Part shown: one piece after another, positions 31,772 through 41,320 of the stretch | Numbering within the stretch: the stretch's first letter is position 1 | How the letters are laid out: the number at the start of each line of letters is the position of its first letter | Assembly: GCA_030616165.1 (NCBI GenBank) | Contig: JAUWXV010000001.1 | Span: 17,843-81,842 of the forward strand | DNA from: a bacterium | Lineage (GTDB): Bacteria; SM23-31; JAUVVT01 | Length of the DNA stretch: 64,000 nt | Direction of reading: 5' to 3' | Notes under the pieces: model-generated | Database searches by the model: none | The model's input: only the letters and a program-made list of their open reading frames with translations | What the model was told of the DNA's origin: nothing | Program-made: the position numbers and the translations under genes

Positions 31772-32704
31772 ATGGCAAAGATAGCGGATGATATAACAAA
31801 ATTAATAGGGAATACCCCATTAGTCAGGCTAAACAGAATAGGAACTGGGTTAGAAGCGACTCTAATAGCTAAACTTGAAAGTTTTAATCCTTTATCGAGT
31901 GTGAAGGATAGGATTGGAGTTTCTATGATTGAAGAAGCAGAAAAGGAAGGATTTATTAAAAAGGATACAGTAATCATAGAACCTACCAGCGGCAACACCG
32001 GGATATCACTGGCTTTTGTCTGTGCAGCAAAGGATTATCGTTTAATATTAACGATGCCGGATACTTTTTCAATTGAACGCAGACAACTATTATCAGTATT
32101 TGGAGCAGAGGTTGTCTTAACCCCTGGTCAGGAAGGGATGCCGGGAGCGGTGAGAAAGGCAGAAGAACTTTTAGAGAATACTCCTAATTCTTTTATGCCG
32201 CAGCAATTTAAAAATCCTGCAAATCCAAAGATACATAGGGAAACCACTGCGGAAGAAATATGGCAGGATACGGATGGCAAGGTAGATATTTTGGTGAGTG
32301 GTGTAGGTACGGGTGGCACAATCACAGGAGTTGCTGAAGTAATAAAAGAAAGGAAACCTGAGTTTAAGGCAATTGCTGTTGAACCTATAGATTCGCCTGT
32401 TCTTTCGGGAGGGCAACCTGGTTCACATAAGATTCAGGGAATTGGAGCAGGATTTATACCCGATGTTTTGAGAATGGAACTGGTTGATGAAGTAATAAAA
32501 GTTACTAATGATGACGCCGGAGAGTTTGCAAGGAGATTGGCAAAAGAGGAGGGAATACTCGCAGGTATATCCTCTGGTGCTGCTGTACGTGCGGCAGTTG
32601 AGGTGGCAAAAAGAAAAGAAAACAAAGATAAACTTATTGTAGTCGTTTTACCGGATACTGGTGAGCGATATCTAACTACCTGGCTCTTCCAGGAGCTTTA
32701 TTAG
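31772..32704 (+). CDS. cysK: cysteine synthase A (O-acetylserine sulfhydrylase)
   Basis: [25 protein letters not shown] (PLP lysine region), [10 protein letters not shown]. Confidence 0.9.
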   Translation: MAKIADDITKLIGNTPLVRLNRIGTGLEATLIAKLESFNPLSSVKDRIGVSMIEEAEKEGFIKKDTVIIEPTSGNTGISLAFVCAAKDYRLILTMPDTFSIERRQLLSVFGAEVVLTPGQEGMPGAVRKAEELLENTPNSFMPQQFKNPANPKIHRETTAEEIWQDTDGKVDILVSGVGTGGTITGVAEVIKERKPEFKAIAVEPIDSPVLSGGQPGSHKIQGIGAGFIPDVLRMELVDEVIKVTNDDAGEFARRLAKEEGILAGISSGAAVRAAVEVAKRKENKDKLIVVVLPDTGERYLTTWLFQELY

Positions 32705-32741
32705 GGAGCAACGGCTATATAAAAGGACAAAATGAATTTTA

Positions 32742-32963
32742 ATGGAGGATGACATAACAGGAGAACCAGAAATAAATGTTGATGAACTAAGAAAAAGTGG
32801 CGTAGTAAAACTAAAAGATAAAGATATGTTTTTCCTATGGATTAAAACAACGTGTTCTAATCTAAACTCAAAGTGGTTGAGGAAACTCGCTGATAATGTA
32901 AAAGAAGAACTTGGCGAAGTTTATTTATCATTAGACCGCTGTGATGTGAATAGGAAAAGATAG
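32742..32963 (+). CDS. small hypothetical protein
   Basis: 73-aa ORF between cysK and the sulfite reductase gene; no recognisable motif. Confidence 0.3.
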   Translation: MEDDITGEPEINVDELRKSGVVKLKDKDMFFLWIKTTCSNLNSKWLRKLADNVKEELGEVYLSLDRCDVNRKR

Positions 32964-33027
32964 TAAGTATGCTGAACAAACATTCATAATGAAATCAATA
33001 AAGTTAATTGAATAATCAGGAGGAGAA

Positions 33028-33984
33028 TTGGACGTAGAACAGAAACGAGAAGCTCGCCGTTTGAAGTTGGATTTTGAGGCACTCAAAAGCGGGGGATTTA
33101 TCAAACAAACCCAGGAGAACCTCTTTACGGTGAGGTTGCGATGCCCAGGTGGGAAATTGACATCACGACAATTGCGGAAGGCTGCCGAGCTTGCTGAGAA
33201 GTATGGGAAAGGAGAGATTCATAATTCGGTTCGACAGTCAATAGAAATCCCTTATGTTCACTATCAGTACTTCGATGATATTACGGACGAACTGAAGGAA
33301 ATTGGTTGGTTGGTCGCATCTTGTGGCCCTCGCATAAGGGTGCCAACTGCATGTGCTGGATGCACATGGAACCCTAATGGTCTTATGGATTCACAGTTAA
33401 TGTGTCAGATGGTAGATAAACGATATTTTGGAAGAACCACAGGTCACCATAAATTTAAAATTTCCTTTTCTGGGTGTCCAATAGATTGTGCCCGAACCAG
33501 GGGGATGGACTTGGGCTTTCAAGGAATTGCTGAGCCAGAATTAGTAGAGGAATTATGTAACGGATGTGGACTCTGTATTTCAAGCTGTAGTGAAAATGCA
33601 CTTACCTTAGTGAATGACCTCCCTGTAAGGGATTGCAGTAAGTGTATCTATTGTGGTGATTGTATCAAAGTCTGTCCGATAGATGCTATAGTGGTGGGGA
33701 GGAAGGGATGGCTCGTTCGTGTGGGTGGTAAGCATGGTAAACACCCTATCTATGCCTATGAGGTAGCTAAGTTCGTTTCTGATGAGAAATGTTTCCTACT
33801 TATTGAGAAAACCATGGAATGGTACCAGGTCAATGGTGAAGGTAGAGAAAGAATCGGAACAGCAATTGTTCGGTTAGGTCTCTCCAAATACCTTGATGAA
33901 GTTGTAAAACCATTGAGTCTGGAGATTATCGATAAGTCTGAAGAGAGAAGAAAGTTCTGGACTGAAGGGAACCTGTATGTCTGA
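33028..33984 (+). CDS. small sulfite reductase (NIR_SIR ferredoxin-like and sirohaem domains plus inserted 2x[4Fe-4S] ferredoxin; AsrC/Dsr-like)
   Basis: TTG start 7 nt after AGGAGGAG. Sirohaem/FeS Cys pattern (TACAGC...SGCPIDCA). Two CxxCxxCxxxCP ferredoxin motifs (CNGCGLCISSC, CIYCGDCIKVCP). Confidence 0.7.
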   Translation: MDVEQKREARRLKLDFEALKSGGFIKQTQENLFTVRLRCPGGKLTSRQLRKAAELAEKYGKGEIHNSVRQSIEIPYVHYQYFDDITDELKEIGWLVASCGPRIRVPTACAGCTWNPNGLMDSQLMCQMVDKRYFGRTTGHHKFKISFSGCPIDCARTRGMDLGFQGIAEPELVEELCNGCGLCISSCSENALTLVNDLPVRDCSKCIYCGDCIKVCPIDAIVVGRKGWLVRVGGKHGKHPIYAYEVAKFVSDEKCFLLIEKTMEWYQVNGEGRERIGTAIVRLGLSKYLDEVVKPLSLEIIDKSEERRKFWTEGNLYV

Positions 33985-34051
33985 TGAAGTTGCATATTGA
34001 GCGAAATATAGCTAATGATTATTATTAGAAAATATAAAAGGATTGTTAAAA

Positions 34052-34777
34052 ATGGAAAATAAAATTGAGCATGCCAAAAGATTGATTGAAGAGGCAATAA
34101 AAAACTATCCAAGGGTGGGGGTAGCATGCTCTTTTGGGAAAGACAGTATAGTAACGGTTCATCTGGCAAGAGAGGTAGACCCAAATATAGAGGTTTTCTC
34201 AATAATGACCCAGTACAAACCAAAAGAAACTTTTGAGTACCTCAGGTTAATGAATAAAAAGATGAATCTTAGAATCACTGTTTATATGGTAGCTGATAGC
34301 GTTCCGGAGGCTCTTAAGGATGGTTCTCTAAAAGTAAGACTGTTACCAACTGATGAATTTCACCAAAGAACATCTGAAATAAAGACTCAAACCGGCAAAA
34401 AAATTTATGAAATAAATCCGGATGAATGCTGCCGACTACTTAAAGTAGAGCCGGCCAAAGTAGCTGTGAGCAATCTTGACGCTTGGATATGTGGCTTAAG
34501 AAACACTGAAGGCAGAATAAGAGAAAATTATCAGGAAGTAGAAAATAAGGGTGGGCTTATCAAGATAAACCCAATTCTAACATTTACCGAAGCCGAGATA
34601 TGGAGATATATAGCCACCAGAGGTATTGAACCACATACCTGGTATAGGAAAGGTTATCGGTCTCTCGGCTGTGCGCCTTGCTCGCGAGCAGGAGGAGAAC
34701 TTGAGCGAGACGGTAGATGGAAAGATACAAGCAAATGTGGAGGGGAGTGCGGCATACACACTCAAATATTAAAATGA
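34052..34777 (+). CDS. cysH: phosphoadenosine-phosphosulfate (APS/PAPS) reductase
   Basis: PP-loop SFGKDS and C-terminal ...CGGECGIH (the CysH ECG[LI]H hallmark). Confidence 0.8.
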   Translation: MENKIEHAKRLIEEAIKNYPRVGVACSFGKDSIVTVHLAREVDPNIEVFSIMTQYKPKETFEYLRLMNKKMNLRITVYMVADSVPEALKDGSLKVRLLPTDEFHQRTSEIKTQTGKKIYEINPDECCRLLKVEPAKVAVSNLDAWICGLRNTEGRIRENYQEVENKGGLIKINPILTFTEAEIWRYIATRGIEPHTWYRKGYRSLGCAPCSRAGGELERDGRWKDTSKCGGECGIHTQILK

Positions 34778-35994
34778 TAAATCAAGAAAAATATTCAGAA
34801 AACAGAAGACAGGGTAAAGAATTAGACCATCAATTAAGGGTCTATTCTGATATAACACAACTAATAGCCAGTCCACAGAATCCGACACCATTAGTTAGAT
34901 TAAATAGAATCAACCCTGATAAGGATTTTCAAATTTATATTAAACTGGAAAGATATAATCCATTTGGTTCAGTTAAAGATAGGATTGTTTATGAAATGCT
35001 AAAGGCATTGGAAGTAAGGGATAGAACAGTGGTTGAGCCATCATCGGGAAATACGGGGATTGCGTTAGCTTGTGTTGCCAATGCATTGGGAATACCGGTT
35101 GAGATTGCTGTTCCAGAGAGAATTCCTGATGAAAAAAAGGTAATGCTAAAATTTTTAGGGGCTAAGGTAACAGAAGCTGATGACGCACTGTGCCCTTTAT
35201 TTCCTACTGAAGGAGCCAGGGGTTTAGTAAACGCCTTGATAAAAAGCCCGGCTACTAAAAATAGCTATGTTAGCCCCAATCAATACGAGAATGAATTGAA
35301 TGTTCAAGCCCATTACCAAACCACGGGACCAGAAATATGGAAGCAAACACAAGGTAAAATCGATTATTTCTTTGCTGGATTTGGCACCTGTGGCACAATA
35401 ACTGGTGTCGGTAGATATCTCAAAGAGCAAAATCCAAAAATAAAGATTATTGGCGTAGAACCTTCTTCCCCCAACCATAAATTGCCCGGGATGAAGAGAA
35501 TAACCGGGTTAGATGAGGAGTTTATACCGAAAATTCTAGACCGCTCATTAATCGATGATATCGTATCAGTAACCGATGAAGAAGGTTATAGAACTGCTAT
35601 AAAATTAGCCAGAAAAGATGGAATTCCTGTTGGTCCTACCACGGGGGCTATACTTTGTATTGCCTTAAATTATGCCAAACTAAATAGAGGTTTAGCTGTT
35701 GTTATATCACCTGATGACGCATTCAAATACGCAAGTTACTACAAGGTTATCTTGGAAACAGGATTCAGAGAAATTAAGGAAAAAGAGTATGATTTGTGTG
35801 GTTTAGTTTGCCCTCTATCAAAGATAAAAGCGATAGAATTATTAGATAATCTTGGTGAAGGAGAAACTGCAAGAGTAATACTAGGAGATAGCGAATCTCT
35901 CAAAAGCGTGGTGCAAGAATTAAAAACCAGAGGAATAAAACCAGGTTTTGAACAAGAGAGCGAAAGTAGATTTATATTGACTATTACTATATGA
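34774..35994 (+). CDS. cysteine synthase (CysM/CysK-fold PLP enzyme) fused to a C-terminal TusA-like sulfur-carrier domain
   Basis: SSGNTGIALACV and GFGTCGTITG PLP-fold motifs. C-terminal about 75 aa with CGLVCPLSKIKAIELL resembles the TusA CPxP motif. ATGA overlap with cysH stop. Confidence 0.7.
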   Translation: MINQEKYSENRRQGKELDHQLRVYSDITQLIASPQNPTPLVRLNRINPDKDFQIYIKLERYNPFGSVKDRIVYEMLKALEVRDRTVVEPSSGNTGIALACVANALGIPVEIAVPERIPDEKKVMLKFLGAKVTEADDALCPLFPTEGARGLVNALIKSPATKNSYVSPNQYENELNVQAHYQTTGPEIWKQTQGKIDYFFAGFGTCGTITGVGRYLKEQNPKIKIIGVEPSSPNHKLPGMKRITGLDEEFIPKILDRSLIDDIVSVTDEEGYRTAIKLARKDGIPVGPTTGAILCIALNYAKLNRGLAVVISPDDAFKYASYYKVILETGFREIKEKEYDLCGLVCPLSKIKAIELLDNLGEGETARVILGDSESLKSVVQELKTRGIKPGFEQESESRFILTITI

Positions 35995-36050
35995 TAAGAT
36001 TATATTAACAGAGCAAACAGAACTAAAAATAAATTTAAAAGTGGATTTGA

Positions 36051-36278
36051 ATGGAAAGCCACAAAAGAAGCATCATAAAAGCTATTACTTGGCGGGTTAT
36101 TGCTTCTCTAATTATATTCGTAATTGCTTATTTATTTACAAAAGAAGTAGTATTATCAGTGGGTATAGGCATTTCCGATACAATTGTAAAAATTGTTACT
36201 TATTACTTTCATGAAAGGATGTGGAATAAAATAGATTTTGGAAGAGAGAAAAGAGATGAAGAAGATTATTCGATATAA
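36051..36278 (+). CDS. small two-helix membrane protein (DUF2061-like)
   Basis: KAITWRVIASLIIFVIAYLFT...ISDTIVKIVTYYFHERMWN. Confidence 0.4.
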   Translation: MESHKRSIIKAITWRVIASLIIFVIAYLFTKEVVLSVGIGISDTIVKIVTYYFHERMWNKIDFGREKRDEEDYSI

Positions 36279-36332
36279 GGATTAAATCGAAATTGGTAGA
36301 GACTATTCGAATAATAAATACAGGAGAATAAA

Positions 36333-37001
36333 ATGAGAAGTCTTATGTTTAAGACATTGAAGGAAGATATTCAAACAGTTTTCAGTAAAGACCCGGCTGC
36401 CAAAAGCGTGATAGAGGTTATCTTTTGCTATCCTGGACTCCATGCCATTTGGATGAATAAAATTGCACATTTCTTCTGGATGCATAAGTTTCTCTTTATT
36501 GGAAGGTATATTTCCCATGTTAATCGCTGGCTGACGGGGATTGAGATTCACCCGGGAGCAAAGATTGGGAGAAGATTTTTTATTGACCATGGAATGGGAG
36601 TAGTAATAGGAGAAACTGCCGAGATTGGTGATGATGTTTTGCTTTATCAGGGCGTGGTTTTAGGTGGCAGAAGTTTCGAAAAGAAGAAACGGCATCCTAC
36701 TCTCGGAGATAATGTTGTTGTTGGAGCAGGGGCTGTTATTTTAGGTCCAGTAAATATCGGGGAAGGTGCAAAAATAGGGGCAGGGAGTGTGATACTTCAG
36801 GATGTTCCTTCGGGTGCAACAGCAGTTGGTGTTCCAGGGAAGATTAAAATGGGATTATCAGCTAAATTGATGGAGGATTTGGAACATGGGAAAATACCAG
36901 ACCCTATTTTCAGTACTATTCAGTTTATGATAGAGGAACAGGAAAAACTTGCAAAAAGGGTAAAAGTGTTAGAGTCTCAAGGCAGCAACTTTTCGAATTA
37001 G
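36333..37001 (+). CDS. cysE: serine O-acetyltransferase
   Basis: N-terminal SATase helical domain plus hexapeptide region [44 protein letters not shown]. Confidence 0.9.
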   Translation: MRSLMFKTLKEDIQTVFSKDPAAKSVIEVIFCYPGLHAIWMNKIAHFFWMHKFLFIGRYISHVNRWLTGIEIHPGAKIGRRFFIDHGMGVVIGETAEIGDDVLLYQGVVLGGRSFEKKKRHPTLGDNVVVGAGAVILGPVNIGEGAKIGAGSVILQDVPSGATAVGVPGKIKMGLSAKLMEDLEHGKIPDPIFSTIQFMIEEQEKLAKRVKVLESQGSNFSN

Positions 37002-37074
37002 AAAAGAATTTGCAAAGAAAAAAAAAGGATAAAGAGAAGAAAAACTCTTAATAAAATAAAGTATCTGTATTATT

Positions 37075-37179
37075 GAGATTGCCACGCTTCATCCCCCCGC
37101 TGAAAGCAGGGGGACTTCGCTCAACACGATAAATTAACTGCAAAGAGAGGAGCGACGCCTGCGCAGGCGTGGCAATCTC
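37075..37179. mobile_element. about 105-bp MITE-like element with perfect 13-bp TIRs GAGATTGCCACGC/GCGTGGCAATCTC
   Basis: TIRs read directly. The right end GGGGGATGAAGCGTGGCAATCTC is shared with the 23584-23640 element. Confidence 0.55.
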
Positions 37180-37248
37180 ATACAAATTTGCAAATGTTTT
37201 GTAATTTAAAAAAATAACAAGGATTTTATCTTTTTAACAGACTAAATA

Positions 37249-38430
37249 ATGAAAGATAAATTGAAATCGTCAACCAGGTGTGTTCACTATGGTGAGAATA
37301 GAAAAGAACCGTATTATTCTGTTATCACACCAATTGTCAATTCGGCTCCATATAGATTTAGTTCCAGCAAAGAATTATTGGATTTTGTTACAGGTAAATC
37401 ATCAAGAACCCAGCCAGAATATGGGCGAATGGGAAATCCCACGGTTACATCCGTTCAGGAAAAACTTGCAAGGTTAGAGGGTGGGAAAAATGCACTGCTT
37501 TTTGCAAGTGGAATGTGTGCAATTACGACAGCATTATTTGTACTTTTGAAAAAGGGTGATCATATTGTCATAACCAATGATTCATACCGTCGGACAAGAG
37601 ACTTTGTTTTAAATTTTCTTCCAAAGTTCGGGATTAAATCAACAATAACAAAATCGACTTCATCTGATATTAAGAAAGCATTAAGGAAAACAACAAAAAT
37701 AATCTTTTCAGAATCCCCGACAAATCCTTACCTTCATGTTTTAGATTTGAAAGCAATTGCTGATATTGGAAAGCAGAATAATATTATAACTATTATAGAC
37801 AGCACTCTTGCCACTCCTGTAAACCAGAAGCCATTACAATATGGGATTGACCTTGTCATACACTCGGCTACAAAGTATTTGGGAGGGCATAACGACCTGA
37901 TTGCAGGCGTTTTAATTGGTTCAGATAAACTGGTTCAGCCGATTGCTGAATTATTAATGACCATAGGAGGTATTTGTGACCCCAATACGTCGTATTTAAT
38001 CGAAAGAGGTTTAAAAACGCTCGATTTGCGAGTAAAAAGACATAATGAAAATGGGCAAAAAGTAGCACAATTTCTTGAGAAGCATCCAAAAGTTTTAAAG
38101 GTTTTTTATCCGGGTTTAAAAAGCCATCCAGACCATAAGATTGCAAAACGTCAAATGAAAGGATTTGGAGGATTACTTTCTTTTTTACTCCAAACCGATT
38201 TTAAGGGAGCAATGAAATTTATTGATAGCTTAACAATTCCCCAGATTGCTCCAAGTTTTGGTGGACCCGAATCGCTTATTGAACAACCTGCGCTGATGTC
38301 TTTTATGGATATCAAAAAAAAGGAAAGGGAGAGAATAGGAGTTTTTGATAATTTAGTACGATTATCTCTCGGTCTTGAGGACAGTGAAGATATCATCGAA
38401 GACCTGAAGAGAGGTCTGGAAAAACTATAG
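37249..38430 (+). CDS. Cys/Met-metabolism PLP enzyme (cystathionine gamma-synthase/beta-lyase/O-acetylhomoserine sulfhydrylase family)
   Basis: IHSATKYLGGHNDLIAGVL (PLP-lysine motif), NPT N-terminal motif. Confidence 0.85.
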   Translation: MKDKLKSSTRCVHYGENRKEPYYSVITPIVNSAPYRFSSSKELLDFVTGKSSRTQPEYGRMGNPTVTSVQEKLARLEGGKNALLFASGMCAITTALFVLLKKGDHIVITNDSYRRTRDFVLNFLPKFGIKSTITKSTSSDIKKALRKTTKIIFSESPTNPYLHVLDLKAIADIGKQNNIITIIDSTLATPVNQKPLQYGIDLVIHSATKYLGGHNDLIAGVLIGSDKLVQPIAELLMTIGGICDPNTSYLIERGLKTLDLRVKRHNENGQKVAQFLEKHPKVLKVFYPGLKSHPDHKIAKRQMKGFGGLLSFLLQTDFKGAMKFIDSLTIPQIAPSFGGPESLIEQPALMSFMDIKKKERERIGVFDNLVRLSLGLEDSEDIIEDLKRGLEKL

Positions 38431-38653
38431 ATTTGCTTTTACTCTGCTGTTATTCGTTCTCACCTATATATACTATTAAGAAAAGCATATATCAATAATG
38501 CAGGATTTTTTAATAAATAATATTGTCATTAACCAAGTATAGATTATATAACAGTAGAAAAACAAGACATAGATTTATTTAAGATATTTTTCTCCTTTTC
38601 AATAAGGAATCATTTGAACTAATTTTAAATTAGACTAATAGGCGCGCATCGAA

Positions 38654-41254
38654 ATGGACTTATTTTTACAAGATGGGGCGAGGGTAGGAATTATAGGTGG
38701 GGGTCCCTCTGGGAGTTTTACGGCTATTCATTTATTGAGCATTGCAGCTTCGCTTAACAAAAAAATTAAGGTATTCATCTTTGATAAAAAAGATTTTACA
38801 TCTGGTTTAGGGTGTAATTTTTGTGCAGGCATTCTTTCTAATACACTAATTAAAGAGTTAGTCCAATATAATATTATTATCCCGCCAGAGATAATCCAAA
38901 GAGAGATTAAAGGATACTATTACGAGACGAGAGAGGGGACAGCATATTTCCCAAAGCCATCTACTTCATCAATTTTCAGTGTGTTCCGAGCAAATGGACC
39001 TTGCAGCTCAAAAGAATTATATAACGTTAGTTTTGACTATTTTCTTCTACAAGAAGCGATTAAAAGGGGAGCAAACAAAATAGACACCAATATCAATGAA
39101 GTCATTTTTCCTTCCACTCCACAGGATCGAGTATCACTTTACTCACAGGAGCAAAATACATATTATGAATTTGAACTGGTATTCGGTGCATTTGGAATAA
39201 ATACTCCTTTTATTAAAGAATTAGAAAAATCAGGAATCGGATACAAAGCCCCAAAATACCTGCATTCTGGTCAGGCTGAGATCCCCTACGATATATCTTT
39301 GAATAAAAAGTTTCATGACAATGTCACTGTTTTTCTTATTCCTCTCAGGAATTTATACTTCTTTTCCTTTACACCAAAAGCAGAGTATTTAACGGTTACC
39401 GCTATTGGTCCTCATGTTACAAAAGCAATGCTGGAGGAAATATTTACCATTCCGCAGGTTATGAAATATTTTCCAGACAAATGGCAGTTCCCATTGGAGT
39501 ATTGTCACTGTCATCCAAGAATATCTGTTACTATTGCGGAAAATTTCTTCTATCACCGTTTTGTGGTTGTCGGAGATGCTTGTTGGTCAAGGTATCTCAA
39601 GGATGGTATTGCATCTGCATTTTATACCTCAAAATTCGGAGTTGAATGTGCTTTCAAATATGGGATTTCACGTAATGCGTTCCGGGACAGATACTTTAGG
39701 GAAATTACTCGGATGGATAAAGATAATACTGTAGGAAAAATTTTATTTAAAATCCATAATAGATTGAAAAGGTCGCAGACTGTGCGGGGCTCTCTTTTTT
39801 CGATGACCAGAGATTACTATCATAAAACAATTCAGGAAAATGTACGATATATCCTATGGGGTTTATTTACAGGTGATTACTCTTATAAGAAGATAATGAG
39901 AAAATCTTTTAGGATTTCATTTATCGTGCCCTTTATTATAAATATTATTAATGCATACCTGAAGATTATCTTTAATAATCTGTCAAAAATTAATAAAAAA
40001 ACAAAATTAAGACCAATAAAAAATCAGAGCAGTAATGTAACAGTGTCAAATTTAGTAAACGGAGATACAATTATTGTTATTGGTGGGGGACCAGCAGGCA
40101 CTTCTTGTGCAATACATGCAAAAAAACTTGCTGTAAATAATAATATAGACTTGTCAGTCATATTAATCGAACCTAAAACTTTTAGCATACATTACAATCA
40201 GTGTGTTGGTGTTCTTTCCCCTAGGATAAAACAATTGATGGGAGATATAGGTATAGACTTCCCGGAACATTTAATTCAAACAAAAATTCCAGGGTATTAT
40301 TTGAATGCAAATGGTGAAGAAATATATCTTCCTTCTGATAAACATAACGATATTGGACTTGCTTTAAGGCGGAATGAGTTTGATGCTTTTATGATAGAGC
40401 AGGCTTTGCGGAACGGAGTACAAGTTGTCCGGGGAGAAGTTGTGACATTCGATTATTCAAAAAATGACAAAAAGAATAAATTCATTGTTTATTGCAATTC
40501 CGGCACTTATAAGTGCAATTTTATTGTAGGTGCTTTTGGTGTCGGGAATGGGATTGCCCTTGATTTTTTTAAAACTTTCCGGTACCGACCTCCACATATT
40601 CTTCAATCAATTGTTTCCAAAATTCATCCTCTGGATAATTTATATATTGATGAAATTTTTGGAAATAATATCCATACTTATCTCCCTAAATATAAAGCAA
40701 TTGAATTTGGAGCAATAACTCCAAAGGGCAACCATTTAACAGTCAATATCGCCGGTGAAAAAATCAGTTTTAAAGATATGGAATATTTTCTAATGATAGA
40801 TGAAGTAAAAAAATGGATTCCCCCCCATAAAGAACGAACTTACTTTAAAGGTCAATTCCCAACAAGTCCTGCACATCGATTCTATGGAGATAATTACTTG
40901 ATCATAGGTGATGCGGCTGGTTTAGTTCGGCCATTTAAAGGAAAAGGTGTAAATTCAGCAATTCTCTCAGGTAAAATTGCTGCTGAAACTATCGTGAATT
41001 ATGGCACAACGGCTCTTGCAATAAAACGAAACTTTGTACAACATCCACAGATACAAAAAATATTAATCGATTATAAATATGGAAAAATTATAAGAAAATT
41101 AACTATTCAGGCTTCACATCATAATCTTTTAAAATATATAATTAATTATGCAAAAAGAAATAAAACGTTCGAAACCGCTCTATATAATGCTGTCTCTGCT
41201 AACAGACTTTATAAGGATATTATTTTATGTACTTTAAGAAACTTAGTGAGTTAA
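38654..41254 (+). CDS. internally duplicated FAD-dependent oxidoreductase (two geranylgeranyl-reductase-like halves)
   Basis: Two GxGxxG dinucleotide motifs (VGIIGGGPSGSFTA at residue 10; IIVIGGGPAGTSCA at about residue 470), separated by a hydrophobic linker. Confidence 0.6.
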   Translation: MDLFLQDGARVGIIGGGPSGSFTAIHLLSIAASLNKKIKVFIFDKKDFTSGLGCNFCAGILSNTLIKELVQYNIIIPPEIIQREIKGYYYETREGTAYFPKPSTSSIFSVFRANGPCSSKELYNVSFDYFLLQEAIKRGANKIDTNINEVIFPSTPQDRVSLYSQEQNTYYEFELVFGAFGINTPFIKELEKSGIGYKAPKYLHSGQAEIPYDISLNKKFHDNVTVFLIPLRNLYFFSFTPKAEYLTVTAIGPHVTKAMLEEIFTIPQVMKYFPDKWQFPLEYCHCHPRISVTIAENFFYHRFVVVGDACWSRYLKDGIASAFYTSKFGVECAFKYGISRNAFRDRYFREITRMDKDNTVGKILFKIHNRLKRSQTVRGSLFSMTRDYYHKTIQENVRYILWGLFTGDYSYKKIMRKSFRISFIVPFIINIINAYLKIIFNNLSKINKKTKLRPIKNQSSNVTVSNLVNGDTIIVIGGGPAGTSCAIHAKKLAVNNNIDLSVILIEPKTFSIHYNQCVGVLSPRIKQLMGDIGIDFPEHLIQTKIPGYYLNANGEEIYLPSDKHNDIGLALRRNEFDAFMIEQALRNGVQVVRGEVVTFDYSKNDKKNKFIVYCNSGTYKCNFIVGAFGVGNGIALDFFKTFRYRPPHILQSIVSKIHPLDNLYIDEIFGNNIHTYLPKYKAIEFGAITPKGNHLTVNIAGEKISFKDMEYFLMIDEVKKWIPPHKERTYFKGQFPTSPAHRFYGDNYLIIGDAAGLVRPFKGKGVNSAILSGKIAAETIVNYGTTALAIKRNFVQHPQIQKILIDYKYGKIIRKLTIQASHHNLLKYIINYAKRNKTFETALYNAVSANRLYKDIILCTLRNLVS

Positions 41255-41320
41255 ATTTATCTACTAATAAAAAATCAGCATATGAATATAAAATTAAACT
41301 AATTTAAGGAAAATTTTATT

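Noticed and set aside
32742-33027. Possibility that the 73-aa ORF is a frameshifted N-terminus of the sulfite reductase
   Set aside because: The downstream ORF already contains a complete NIR_SIR ferredoxin-like N-terminal domain and has its own SD plus TTG start; the small ORF has no sulfite-reductase motifs
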